Made by a program: the position numbers and the translations under genes
Notes under the pieces: generated by a model
The model's input: only the letters and a program-made list of their open reading frames with translations
What the model was told of the DNA's origin: nothing
The model's database searches: none
Shown here: one piece after another, positions 9,695 to 19,603 of the stretch
How positions within the stretch are numbered: the first letter of the stretch is position 1
Layout of the letters: the number at the start of each line of letters is the position of its first letter
Virus record (IMG/VR): IMGVR_UViG_3300018080_000110
Coordinates: 64,001 to 128,000 of that record
Reading direction: 5' to 3' (one strand)
From: a virus
DNA: 64,000 nucleotides

Positions 9695-12600
9695 ACTTGC
9701 GCGGCTTCGGGTCCGCGCCGTGGGGCACGCTGCTCTGGTAGCGGCTCCGCGGCTGCGGCCTCGGGGCTGCCCTGAGACATGTTTTGCATTAGCCCTAACA
9801 CGACCTGATAGAACTCCGGACTCTGCTGCCGCAAATTCATCAAGGCCATGGTCTGACTGTTCTCGTCCAACTGCGACAAGTACTGGGCGACATACTGAGC
9901 TTGAGCCAGTAGATCTACGTTGACAGCGCCAGCCTCCCCTTCTTGTGGCGCCTGCTGGGCCAACTGGAGCGGTGATTGAGTAGCCGTCATTGCAGGGGGC
10001 AACTCGGCTCGTGCCTGTTCAGCGATGGGAGGCATAGCCTGCGGAGGCATAGCCTGCTGTGGCAACGGAGCTCCTCCTTGAGGCACCTGTCCCTCCATAG
10101 CGGGGGTAGAAGCGCCGCCAGGTTGCACGCCTTCAGCTTCAGCCCCGGGCTCTCCTGGAGCTGGTGCAGCGGCTGCTTGCATCTGCATTTGCTCCTGCTG
10201 GGCCTTGAGCTGGTAGCGCATCATGATCATCTGGCTCTCACCCTGGATCTCAGCCTGAGCCAATTGGGCCTTCTTCTGCGCTTCAGCTCTCTTGTTGGTC
10301 TCTGTCTTGATGAGCTCGTCCTCACGAGAGGGATCGAAGTCCGAATCGGACAACAACGTGCTATCTGAGATCTTTCCGGCCTGATTGAGCTGGAAGTTGT
10401 AGGCCTTCCGTTGCAGATCGTCCGCCATCTTGAAAGGCTTGAAGGAGACCTTGATAGGCTCCCAATCCATGTAAGAGGCAATGCTCTTGACGATCCAGTT
10501 GACGAGATGCAGATGGTCGACCATGTAGCCCAAGAACATGTTCTCGAGCATGCGCAAAGACACGTTCGATCCGGAGTTATGGCAGATGAGCCCATCAGCA
10601 GTGAAGGAAGAGTCTTCAGCCACTGTGAGGTCTCCCATAGGGACAGTGTACTCGAAGAGTTCGACCTCAACGATCTCGTCCCAGAAATATCGAAGCTCAG
10701 CAAGTTCTTCGATGCGCCCCGCTAGTTGCGCATCTCTTTCTCTGATGAATGAAAGATCCTGCCCCTCCAGCTTCGAATAGGTCATTCCCCAAGCATCTCT
10801 GCCAGGGACGGTCCTACGAACGCCCCTTCCAAAACTGGTGAGAAACTCCTGGAGGGTTTTTTTGCTGATGAGTTTGGTCCCGAATCGACCTCCGGCCCCT
10901 GGTATCTCTCCGCTGTACTGCAGCCGGCCCTTCTTTACGTGGTAGCGGACGGTGGAGACATCGCACCCGAGAAGAACGGCCACTTCTTTCGCCGAGTACT
11001 TCTCCTTTTCTAGGCCGATGTCGACCTTCTCGAAATCCCAACTAGATCTATGGGGGAAGTGAGCCCTCCTGAAAGAGTCTAGAGCTTCTTTCAAATACGG
11101 GATGCGCTCTCCAGCATGAGTCTTTCTTGTCGGAGTCCTGCTACAGAGAATTGCCCGCTTACGCTCTGACACGAACCCGAACATCTCAGCGTAGGTGTCG
11201 ACATACTCAGACCTCACTTGCAAGGTTCCGCACACCTTCCCTCTGTAGGGGGGGTACTTCGAGGAGACAACCCCCGCGTTTAAGAGGATGAGCTGTGTCT
11301 CTTTGAGGAGGATGTCCGATTTTGATGCGCACGCAATGGTCTGCTTCTCGGTCACGTCCTTGACCCCACCGTCACCCTCAAAATAGGCGCGGATGTACTC
11401 CCGGACGAATCGGAAGGGGGACCTGCGGACGCATTCCGGAACGATCTTGTCCTCTGAGTACCCCACCACCCCAAGCCTGCGGAGGAAGCTGATCGCCTTA
11501 AACCTACCGATTTCCGTGTAGAGCATCCCGTCTGGTTTCTCCCACGAATTAGGCCTGTATCCGAACACAGCCTCAACGCAGTCCAAGAAGTCGTTCATGA
11601 TCTCCTCAGACTTCTGACCAAAGCCTATCCTTCTCTCGTCTGCACAGGAGCCTTCGGACACTAAGTAGCCGAGGATACGAGCCAACTCATCGCTCATCTG
11701 GGCTGGTATCTTCACTGGATATCTTTGGGATGTGTCCCTGCGCAACCCAGCAACGTTTTTGCCCGAGTCTTCTACGTCGTCAACAACACTGGCCAAGTCA
11801 AATGGTGTTTTGGCCCAGACTCTCTGCCCCGGCTTGACCGCGACATGATCACCTGGCTGAAGCTCACTGGCCTTCTTCCAACTCAAACTTAGGTCTGAGT
11901 TCAACACTCTAAATCGATGATCGTGGGATGGACTGTGGTCCAAGCCAAGACGAGTCCTCAATCGGGCTGCCTTCTTCATTCCAGAGTTATGAACCATCTC
12001 CACGGACTGCAAATTCTTGTGGGTCGGGACTCGGATATCCTTACTAGGCTTTTTGAAACTGTCCTCCTTCTCCGGCACTAGGTCTCCCATCGGGATCATT
12101 CCGTCAGAAGTGAACAGGTAGGAGTCCAGATCCATGCAGTAGCTGAGCCCACCAAAGATGAGCTCTTGAGGCACGCCCATACCAACTACGATGTGCTCGC
12201 TCCAAACTCGGATCTCTTGACCGAGCAGCATTGCCCGACCATTCCCGCCGATGGTCTGATTACCGATGGGGAGAGGCAGGATCGGGATATAGTTGTTGTC
12301 AAATCTCCAACGCTTGATCTCTTCTGAGATCTGATCTTTCCAGTCCCCGAGGTTGATGCTGCTATTGTGCGTAGCCACGCCAGCAACGCAAAAGGACTTA
12401 TCTCCGAGCATCTGGAATCCGCGGACTACGTCTACATATTTTACGACCTCCCTCTTAGACACTCGCAGATACACGTACCCGTCTCGGATAAAACCGCAGC
12501 GACTGAAAGGAAACTTGCGTGAGGACACAACGCCTTCGAAAAGATCGGACTGACTCCCATTCAGATTTACTTGGTAGTAAGGCAGCTTTGCGATCTCGTC

Positions 12601-14565
12601 TTCTCGCGGAATCGCCTTTTGGACAGTGGGAATAAATCCTTCAGACAGTAAAATTCCCCTGACGTCGATTGCCAACTGTGGACTTGTCGTCTTTAACCCT
12701 GTCCGTACTGTGCTGGTTGAAAAAGCACAACCGTCTCCAGTGATCACGGCCCGAACCGCAGTCATGGCTATCGGGCCCGGGGCCTCTGTAATGAAACGGG
12801 GCAATCTTTTATTTACGGAACCTTCCCCGCAAGAGTTGACTAGTAGCGCGGCCAAGAACACGTCGTTGACTGTAATGGTCGTTGAGTTACCTTGCGTAGA
12901 TCTGCTGCAAGGTCTAAATCCAAGTCGTTCTACACACAAGTCGATCGAGTCCATGATGTAGGTCTCGCTTGTGTGCAGGCCCATCGTAGCCAAAGACCCA
13001 GCCCGACTACCCTCTGCAGCGAAGATTCCAATCAGATACGCTAGATCTTCAGTCACCGAAATGTATCTTCTACGACGATCGACGCTTTCTTGTTGCGTAA
13101 AAGTAGATTTGGCGTTCTCGTAGTCGGACAGGCCCCAACCAGCATCTGTCAAGAACTTCTTTAGCTCCCCGTGACCGAATGTCGGCACCCCGTTCTGCTC
13201 AAAGTATTCGTAGATATTTGCGGCAGTCTGATTCAGTCTGCGGTAGATGAACTCACAAGTCGCTGCTCTCTTCGGGCAAAAATTGGCCAAGTCCAACTCT
13301 AGATTTGCCCATTGAGCCCGTCGTACCGGGTAACAAACAAAGTCGCCTTCGACGACATCTTTGGCTTCTACCCAGTCCGGTTCCTCCAAACTGTTATACC
13401 CTCTGAAGCCACTCGGCCTCTTGGAGCAAAGTAGAGGATGCTCCTGAGAGATCTCGAACGGGAAAGCCGTCATACCAGAAATGGTGAACTTGTAGACCTC
13501 TTCCTCATCAGAGATAGACCTGTCCGCTAAAGCTTCAACCTTTCTCCACCGACCCGTGTGGCTCTTTAAGTAGTCTCCCACACAGACTTCTGCGGCCGGT
13601 CTCAGCCCCTCCCGTGTTTCGATCAATGTATCCAAGGACACACAGTAAGGGTCTGAGGTGGCTGATCCTGCTTGCGGAAAGAGGACTCGTAGAGGAACGA
13701 TGTGTTCTAGCGCTACGGCCTCTTGGGACTTCTTCAAGATCTGTAGGTAGTAGGCGTCCTTGAGCACGGGGAGCAGTAGGGGAACACCCCATCCTCTGTC
13801 TTTCCCTGCCAGGGTCGGGCGCTTAAAGTGGTAGATGTTATCCTTGTTGAAGACGATGGCCTTCCGCTTCTTCAACGCCTCCACAAAGATTTGAGGCACT
13901 TCTTCCACGACACTCTTCTTCCCCATGATGATGTCGTTCTTCAGCTGCACGGGGATGTCGTAGTAGTAGGCGTAGTCTCCGGTCAGATCGTTGTAGCGAA
14001 TATCGACATCTTCGGGGTTCCACCGCAAAAGACGGATACCCTTCGACGATTTGATGTAGTCGTCAAAGACCTCTGCTGGACCGTGGTGACCACAACGAGG
14101 GCAGTGCCAGAAGAATTGATAGTTCCGGAAGTAATACTTGGAGTCCTTTGCTGGGCGAACGTTACCGCAGCTCTTGCACTTGAGCTTCTTCTTGAACGGG
14201 TAAAAGATCGAAACGAGGCCGTTGCCGTAGGTGTAGAAGTCTAGACCTAGCTCACCCATGAAGCTGCGGTACCGGAGATGGTCCTCCAACATGTTCGACC
14301 ACAGATCTTTTTGGTGCTCATCGTCGCTGTTGAAAACCAGATCTGTGATCGGGTACAGCGACATCTTGAAAACCACGCTATTGATCAATGGATGGACCAG
14401 GAAGTAATACCGGCACCACCGGAACATCTGCTTGACTGTGGTCGGAAGGTAAGTGTGCCCTATATCGAAGAAGGGAGACGGGTAGTTGATCCCTCTAGAG
14501 AAGGAACCGTTGATCCTACCACGAGTGCGGGCGAAACGGGATGCTCCTACGGCTCCGTAATCCAT
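9691..14565 (-). CDS. Portal protein precursor with two inteins (mature form ~676 aa)
   Basis: Portal-like segments (LDFYTYGNG, IYHFKR...GWGVPLL, IVVGMGVPQELIFGG.SY|SGSNV) interrupted by two C...HN|S inteins; Q/P/A-rich C-terminal tail. Confidence 0.85.
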   Translation of the reverse strand: MDYGAVGASRFARTRGRINGSFSRGINYPSPFFDIGHTYLPTTVKQMFRWCRYYFLVHPLINSVVFKMSLYPITDLVFNSDDEHQKDLWSNMLEDHLRYRSFMGELGLDFYTYGNGLVSIFYPFKKKLKCKSCGNVRPAKDSKYYFRNYQFFWHCPRCGHHGPAEVFDDYIKSSKGIRLLRWNPEDVDIRYNDLTGDYAYYYDIPVQLKNDIIMGKKSVVEEVPQIFVEALKKRKAIVFNKDNIYHFKRPTLAGKDRGWGVPLLLPVLKDAYYLQILKKSQEAVALEHIVPLRVLFPQAGSATSDPYCVSLDTLIETREGLRPAAEVCVGDYLKSHTGRWRKVEALADRSISDEEEVYKFTISGMTAFPFEISQEHPLLCSKRPSGFRGYNSLEEPDWVEAKDVVEGDFVCYPVRRAQWANLELDLANFCPKRAATCEFIYRRLNQTAANIYEYFEQNGVPTFGHGELKKFLTDAGWGLSDYENAKSTFTQQESVDRRRRYISVTEDLAYLIGIFAAEGSRAGSLATMGLHTSETYIMDSIDLCVERLGFRPCSRSTQGNSTTITVNDVFLAALLVNSCGEGSVNKRLPRFITEAPGPIAMTAVRAVITGDGCAFSTSTVRTGLKTTSPQLAIDVRGILLSEGFIPTVQKAIPREDEIAKLPYYQVNLNGSQSDLFEGVVSSRKFPFSRCGFIRDGYVYLRVSKREVVKYVDVVRGFQMLGDKSFCVAGVATHNSSINLGDWKDQISEEIKRWRFDNNYIPILPLPIGNQTIGGNGRAMLLGQEIRVWSEHIVVGMGVPQELIFGGLSYCMDLDSYLFTSDGMIPMGDLVPEKEDSFKKPSKDIRVPTHKNLQSVEMVHNSGMKKAARLRTRLGLDHSPSHDHRFRVLNSDLSLSWKKASELQPGDHVAVKPGQRVWAKTPFDLASVVDDVEDSGKNVAGLRRDTSQRYPVKIPAQMSDELARILGYLVSEGSCADERRIGFGQKSEEIMNDFLDCVEAVFGYRPNSWEKPDGMLYTEIGRFKAISFLRRLGVVGYSEDKIVPECVRRSPFRFVREYIRAYFEGDGGVKDVTEKQTIACASKSDILLKETQLILLNAGVVSSKYPPYRGKVCGTLQVRSEYVDTYAEMFGFVSERKRAILCSRTPTRKTHAGERIPYLKEALDSFRRAHFPHRSSWDFEKVDIGLEKEKYSAKEVAVLLGCDVSTVRYHVKKGRLQYSGEIPGAGGRFGTKLISKKTLQEFLTSFGRGVRRTVPGRDAWGMTYSKLEGQDLSFIRERDAQLAGRIEELAELRYFWDEIVEVELFEYTVPMGDLTVAEDSSFTADGLICHNSGSNVSLRMLENMFLGYMVDHLHLVNWIVKSIASYMDWEPIKVSFKPFKMADDLQRKAYNFQLNQAGKISDSTLLSDSDFDPSREDELIKTETNKRAEAQKKAQLAQAEIQGESQMIMMRYQLKAQQEQMQMQAAAAPAPGEPGAEAEGVQPGGASTPAMEGQVPQGGAPLPQQAMPPQAMPPIAEQARAELPPAMTATQSPLQLAQQAPQEGEAGAVNVDLLAQAQYVAQYLSQLDENSQTMALMNLRQQSPEFYQVVLGLMQNMSQGSPEAAAAEPLPEQRAPRRGPEAAQV
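10576..12138 (-). mobile_element. Intein 2 in portal (521 aa) with LAGLIDADG endonuclease and an extra HTH
   Basis: Starts Y|CMDLDSYLFTSDG, SPSHDHRF, motifs LARILGYLVSEGS and YIRAYFEGDGG, ends SFTADGLICHN|S. Confidence 0.93.
12364..13644 (-). mobile_element. Intein 1 in portal (427 aa) with LAGLIDADG homing endonuclease
   Basis: Starts Y|CVSLDTLIETREG, block B ISQEHPLL, endonuclease motifs LAYLIGIFAAEGS and VRAVITGDGC, ends SFCVAGVATHN|S. Confidence 0.93.
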
Positions 14566-14576
14566 GCTCGTATCTC

Positions 14577-15377
14577 CTACCTGGCCCTCACCAGACTACC
14601 AACTTCTGGAGCGACGCGGGAGATATTCCTGCGAGCATACGTCACCGCAGGACGCTCAGGAACTTGTGTGGGTCCCTTTCCTCCTCCTACCAGTTTGCCC
14701 GCTTTACCGCCTAGATAACCGAGTCCAGATCCAAGGATGGTGCTACCCAGTAACCCCATTCGCCCCCCAAGTAGGTAGCCTCCGGCCGTTCCTAGAGACC
14801 CCAACGCCTTCTCAGCTGTTCCTTCTTGGGTACTCTTATCCATGATGTGCGGTGCGCTCATAGCTATATCGCCTAGAGCCATCACCTTGCCCATCGTGCC
14901 GGCTTGCTGCCAAGCGCCCTTCATGGTCTGCAGGGGCTTTGTGGCCAGTCCCTTGAGTGCCGTAGGCACACTCAGAAGTCCGGCTTTCTCAGCTTTGCGC
15001 AAGGAATCTAATTCTTTCTGAGTCGCCCCCGGCTTGATTGGTAGAGGACCACGGCCAGTTAGCTCGTACTTGGTCTTCCTTCCAAGGTGCTTAACCCCTT
15101 CCAGAGCTTTCTTGCGGCCCGCACGAGTGACCAAGGGGGCCGCGTACCCTCCAGCTGCTCCTATCCCGGCACCGATCAATGCACGACGTAGGCGATCTTC
15201 TGGTGGAGCTGTCGCAGCGCCTCCAGCCGCCCCAACAAGACCTCCGGCAATAGCTCTTCCACCACCGTGGCCCCAAATACTGCGTGCAGCTCGAGGGATG
15301 AACGACTTGAGAGATCTGGGCAAAGCAGCGTTCTTCTCAAGCTCGTCAGCAAAAGCGGCGATCTGATATGCGTTCAT
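14577..15377 (-). CDS. Basic glycine-zipper protein with FADELEKNA leader (putative internal virion protein)
   Basis: N-terminal AAFADELEKNAA; GxxxG-rich hydrophobic helices (AIAGGLVGAAGG, LIGAGIGAAGG, LGSGLGYLGG). Confidence 0.75.
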   Translation of the reverse strand: MNAYQIAAFADELEKNAALPRSLKSFIPRAARSIWGHGGGRAIAGGLVGAAGGAATAPPEDRLRRALIGAGIGAAGGYAAPLVTRAGRKKALEGVKHLGRKTKYELTGRGPLPIKPGATQKELDSLRKAEKAGLLSVPTALKGLATKPLQTMKGAWQQAGTMGKVMALGDIAMSAPHIMDKSTQEGTAEKALGSLGTAGGYLLGGRMGLLGSTILGSGLGYLGGKAGKLVGGGKGPTQVPERPAVTYARRNISRVAPEVGSLVRAR

Positions 15378-16189
15378 CGCAAGACCCTCAATTGATGTTT
15401 CATCTGGCTTCTGCGCAAGGTCATGTAGTCTCTAGCGATGATCAACTTCGCCACTTGTACGTCTACCGGATTGTGTCCAAGCACTACCTCTTCCGCAGGG
15501 ACAGATAACAACTGTTTATACTTGTCCCTAACAGGGTCCGGGTCAACAGGAATGCCGCGCTCTTTCTGAATGTCTACAATCTCGTCCTGACAAAACGCAA
15601 CCGGCTGTGGTGCACAAGTTACTCCAGCGTCCAACAACGAAGCAGCACAGAACTGCTGAACTTCTTGGCTGAACGGAACATCGTTACGCACGAACGTCAT
15701 CATGTCTACACCAGCAAATAGCTGGGAGACGGTAGGCCGGCGTAAGATCTCGAAGTCCGGGATGTTGTTGTTCAAAGCCTGAATGATGGGGCAGAAGACT
15801 TCCCACTTGGTGAAGCACCAATCTGAGATATGGATCGTCTTTACTGCCTGGATCTTACTCTTGACGTGGTCGCTGATAGAAGGAGCTCGGAAATCATCCA
15901 TGATCTCCTTCCACAACGTCTCCGGCTCCCAAGCGAACCAGTCAGTCCCGTATTGATCCATCAACTTGATAGACAGTACGATGGGGCTTGTGTCGTGATG
16001 GACAAAAAGATTTCGGGCGGAGAAAGGCTTAACCCGAGACTCAATGGTCTCGGGTTTCGCCTCTTTGCCTTCCGCGACGGTCTCTTCGTGATCGGCCGTA
16101 ATGTCGGAGGCATCATTGATGCCCAACTCGGCTTCAGTACCGATCTTCTCCAGGACCTCGCGAAGCTCCGCTTCGTAGTCCCGGCTCAT
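15374..16189 (-). CDS. Hypothetical head-region protein (271 aa)
   Basis: Coupled to neighbours; N-terminal ELREVLEKIG resembles the shared leader. Confidence 0.75.
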   Translation of the reverse strand: MSRDYEAELREVLEKIGTEAELGINDASDITADHEETVAEGKEAKPETIESRVKPFSARNLFVHHDTSPIVLSIKLMDQYGTDWFAWEPETLWKEIMDDFRAPSISDHVKSKIQAVKTIHISDWCFTKWEVFCPIIQALNNNIPDFEILRRPTVSQLFAGVDMMTFVRNDVPFSQEVQQFCAASLLDAGVTCAPQPVAFCQDEIVDIQKERGIPVDPDPVRDKYKQLLSVPAEEVVLGHNPVDVQVAKLIIARDYMTLRRSQMKHQLRVLR

Positions 16190-16197
16190 CTACGAGA

Positions 16198-17658
16198 CTA
16201 GGCTAGCGCTACAGCCAATGCCCTGGAAACCATCTGGTCCGACGACACAGAAACAGCTGCGATATCGCCAGCTGCGCGGGCGTCGCCCAAGGCCGTGAGA
16301 TCTGGCACAGTGACCGTGATCCCAGTGTCGCTCCATTTGGCTGTAGTGGTTGCACCAGTCTCGTTGGCCGGTAGGCATTCCTGGCCAGAAACGCTGACAA
16401 CGTTTCCCGCGTAGGTGCCTGTTCCGCCAGTGAAGTCTTGCTCCGCCACGTCGAGGGTCAACGATCCGGAAGCATCCTCATTGGCCCGGATGTAACCGTC
16501 GGTATCTGCAGCGTTTGCGTTGATCGCCGTAGCGATAGCATTGACCGTACTACCACCAGCTGCGAGTGTGATCGTCAGCTTCGTCCCGGTCAGGTCGATG
16601 TCTAGGGCTCCAGCCCCGGCCACCACCTCCACCGTAAACCCAGAGTCACCGGGCTTTAGCATCTCCACCAAAAGATCTGCCGCCCCCTCGGTGATGTTGA
16701 CCGAATCGAAGGTCTGACTCTGCAGGAGATCTGTTCCCTTCAGAACCATGTCGCCGCCTGCGGCGGCCGGGGCGCCACCGTCGATCCAAGTCACCTCGGG
16801 GAGGCCGGAGCGCTGCTCTAAAGCATCGGCACGACCTTCGAGCGTCGTGATGTCGCCCTGTGCCGTAGTGATGTCACCCTGCGCAGTAGATACGTCGCTC
16901 TGCAGAGATGCCACATCAGACAATTCCATCATCGCCAGAACGTCTGCCTGCGTGCCATCCGACATCATGGAAATCTGGAAGACCTTGTCTGCTGGAGCGG
17001 CCAGAGCCGGGACCGTCACCTTCACGGTCGTAGCAGTCCACTTAGCCGTGGACGTAGTGCCGGTCTCATTGGCGGGTAGACATTCCGTGCCGCCGACCAA
17101 AACCTTATTGCCGTCGTAGTCACCCACACCGCCCGTCATAGCCTGAGAGGCTTGAGCTGCGGTGAAATCTCCACCGGCAGCACTGACTGCTCGAATGTGC
17201 CCATCCGTGTCTGCCCCGTCAGCGTTGATCGCGGTGGCGACTGCGTCATCAGAGCTACCAGCTGCGGCCAGCTCGATGGCGAGGACCTTGGTGGATGAGT
17301 TGTACGCCACGGAGAGGGCTCCGGCACCAACGGTGACAACGACCGTGATGCCACTGTCCCCCGGCTTGAGTGCGTGAAGAGTCAGATCGCCGCCGCCACT
17401 GGATTCCGTGAGCTGGAGGGAATCGAAAGTCTGCCCCTGCAAAAGATCTACGCCAGTCAGAATGACGTCTCCTCCTGCTGCTAGAGGAGGCTCACTGTAG
17501 TGAAGCTCCGGGAATCCGGCACGCTCCTCAAAGTTCTGGAAACCTTCCTCTACGTCATTTCGGAGGTCTTGAATCTCTGACTGAAGGCCGCCCGATCCAC
17601 GAAGCAGATGTGCCTTATGGGCTCTCTGGCTGCCGAACGCCTTACTCTCTTTTGCCAT
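16198..17658 (-). CDS. Virion structural/decoration protein with an internal ~200-aa duplication
   Basis: Two copies of P.L....AAGGD..L.G.DLLQ.QTFDS...LKPGDSG...ATAINA..ADTDG.IRA...ECLPANETG.T.TAKW...VTVP joined by a heptad coil (VSTAQGDITTAQGDITTLEG). Confidence 0.75.
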   Translation of the reverse strand: MAKESKAFGSQRAHKAHLLRGSGGLQSEIQDLRNDVEEGFQNFEERAGFPELHYSEPPLAAGGDVILTGVDLLQGQTFDSLQLTESSGGGDLTLHALKPGDSGITVVVTVGAGALSVAYNSSTKVLAIELAAAGSSDDAVATAINADGADTDGHIRAVSAAGGDFTAAQASQAMTGGVGDYDGNKVLVGGTECLPANETGTTSTAKWTATTVKVTVPALAAPADKVFQISMMSDGTQADVLAMMELSDVASLQSDVSTAQGDITTAQGDITTLEGRADALEQRSGLPEVTWIDGGAPAAAGGDMVLKGTDLLQSQTFDSVNITEGAADLLVEMLKPGDSGFTVEVVAGAGALDIDLTGTKLTITLAAGGSTVNAIATAINANAADTDGYIRANEDASGSLTLDVAEQDFTGGTGTYAGNVVSVSGQECLPANETGATTTAKWSDTGITVTVPDLTALGDARAAGDIAAVSVSSDQMVSRALAVALA

Positions 17659-17670
17659 CGTATTCTCCTT

Positions 17671-19047
17671 TTACTCTTCGACCTGCTGGGCCACGCGCAT
17701 GATAATACGCTTGGAATCCAGCGGGAGGGAATCGAAAATTTGCACGGGATCTTTGGCGAACTCTTCCGCCAGGTCCTCACCGAATAAGTCTTTGATCTGC
17801 TCGCGATCTCGTTTGGCACAAGCTTTCAACCGCTCTTCATTGACTACGTCATTGCCATCAATGAAGCTGTACTCGGCCTGCTTCTCCACACCATAGATCG
17901 AGAAGTACGGGTCTGGGATCCCATTATCCCAAAGTAGATCGAGATTGTTGTCTCGATCAAACTTCTCCAAAGCTACGGCGATAACTTCTGGCTTGTAAGC
18001 CGCACACTTCTCCCGCATCTCCTGCAAGAGCCCGTGCTCACTGGTGCCTTCACGGAACAGCCGCTGGCGGCGATAGATCTGCACACCGGCATCCTTAGCC
18101 ATGGCAGCAGACCCATACTTGGCAACGAGATCTGGGACCTGAAGGCCTAGCTCTTCCGCGCGATTGTTCACGCGCAGGCAGAACATCCTCCGCTCGTGTG
18201 GCTCGAACTCATGCGCGTACTTCTCGAAGTACGTGCAGGCCTGTTGCACCTGCGAGGCCGTATCGATAGGGTAGACAGCCTCCCCCTCTTTGACCAAAGC
18301 AAAACGCTTACCGGTTTCCTTGATCGTTGTCGCCGGAGGCTGTCTACCCGTGATATCGACGTAGGGGTCCATCGCTGCACTCTTTTCCACACTCACACTA
18401 TGCGGCATCACAGGGGAACCTGCGAGCTCACTCTCTTTCATCTTGAACGCCTGCGCCGCTGGAACTCCGGCCTTCATCGCCTGCTGGCGACGTTTGAAAT
18501 CCTTATGGCCCTGCATCAGGCCTGTCCCCATGGTCAGCGCCCCCATCGCAGCTCCGACCAAAGCTTGCTTCTCTTTACCCTCTTCCGGACACGTGCTGCG
18601 CAACTTTCTCCGGAGTGCCTCTCGCTTTTTTCTTGCTTCGGGACCTCTGCCTTTGATCACGTCCCGAGCCCTAGGTAGATCGGGCTGCAAGATCCCAGCC
18701 ACCTTCCTGAGATCTGAGGGAGGGGCGATATCGTACCACCCACAAGCCTTGAGGAGGTTGGCAGCGGCGGTCTTTTGCGCCTCGACGGGCAGCTTGTCCT
18801 TGTTTTCGAGGAAGTAGATCACAGACAAGGCTGTGTTGCCCTTATCCACGCACGCGAACTTCCTCATCTTGGTGCCGTGATCGAGCGCAACCAAAGCAAA
18901 AACGTCATCCGGGAGCTTGTTTAGCTCTTCCTCAGTGAGCATCTCTGCAGTCTTAACAAACTCCGGGATGTCGCCGTGGTCAGGGATCCGTCCCTTCAAG
19001 ATCGATCCATTAGGATCGTCGTAGAAGTCGAGTTGCGTATCGATCAT
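17671..19047 (-). CDS. Putative head assembly/internal head protein with many K-x-A sites
   Basis: AGGAGAG RBS; VKTAE, QKTAA, RKVAG, EKQAL, EKSAA and EKQAE; two similar FAL(V) modules. Confidence 0.7.
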   Translation of the reverse strand: MIDTQLDFYDDPNGSILKGRIPDHGDIPEFVKTAEMLTEEELNKLPDDVFALVALDHGTKMRKFACVDKGNTALSVIYFLENKDKLPVEAQKTAAANLLKACGWYDIAPPSDLRKVAGILQPDLPRARDVIKGRGPEARKKREALRRKLRSTCPEEGKEKQALVGAAMGALTMGTGLMQGHKDFKRRQQAMKAGVPAAQAFKMKESELAGSPVMPHSVSVEKSAAMDPYVDITGRQPPATTIKETGKRFALVKEGEAVYPIDTASQVQQACTYFEKYAHEFEPHERRMFCLRVNNRAEELGLQVPDLVAKYGSAAMAKDAGVQIYRRQRLFREGTSEHGLLQEMREKCAAYKPEVIAVALEKFDRDNNLDLLWDNGIPDPYFSIYGVEKQAEYSFIDGNDVVNEERLKACAKRDREQIKDLFGEDLAEEFAKDPVQIFDSLPLDSKRIIMRVAQQVEE

Positions 19048-19079
19048 CTGTCTCTCCTACTGTACGGAGCACGAGACTC

Positions 19080-19109
19080 ATCCTAATCCACTGTGATCGT
19101 TGAGGTCAA
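19080..19109 (-). promoter_or_regulatory. sigma70-like promoter TTGACC-N18-TAGGAT
   Basis: Heads the minus-strand head/portal operon. Confidence 0.55.
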
Positions 19110-19146
19110 GTACGTGATTGCGGAGATGCGCCCACCGTTACCCCAA

Positions 19147-19190
19147 TTAAAGATCGCAGAAAGTTCGGTATAAGTCTTCCGGTATAGGAT
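19147..19190 (+). promoter_or_regulatory. Putative phage-type promoter (TATAAG at 19169-19174) for the replication operon
   Basis: Shared (T/G)ATAAG motif upstream of plus-strand units. Confidence 0.45.
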
Positions 19191-19216
19191 CCACAAGGTT
19201 AGCCACAGGAGGAACG

Positions 19217-19573
19217 ATGTTGCGCTATGCCGACCGATATCCTCGGAGCGAGAGGGTGCCGGAATGTTTTGGCCGGGAAGCATACTTCGATTCGAGCTGT
19301 TCTGAATGCCGAAGATGCCACTTCATGGATGACTGCAAGCAGGAAATACGAGGGAGGAGAAGCTCCTCAATACCGATCAGAAGACACACAGAAGGCAGAC
19401 GTACCCCGTCTGGTCCTTCGCTATCCATGCGCGGTCCGGAAGATAGGACACATGCCGGCGTCGTTTTGGAAGGCGAGACCCCATTCGAGAGATTTGTCAA
19501 AGACTGCGCTACTGGAGCCTGTCGAGGTTTCTTCGAGGAGGGATGCGACTTTTTCCGACATTGGCGTTGGTAA
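19217..19573 (+). CDS. Small Cys-rich (Zn-finger-like) protein
   Basis: AGGAGG RBS; PECFG...CSECRRCHFMDDC. Confidence 0.75.
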   Translation: MLRYADRYPRSERVPECFGREAYFDSSCSECRRCHFMDDCKQEIRGRRSSSIPIRRHTEGRRTPSGPSLSMRGPEDRTHAGVVLEGETPFERFVKDCATGACRGFFEEGCDFFRHWRW

Positions 19574-19603
19574 TCAAGGTGTTACGAGAGATGGTTGACT
19601 GGA

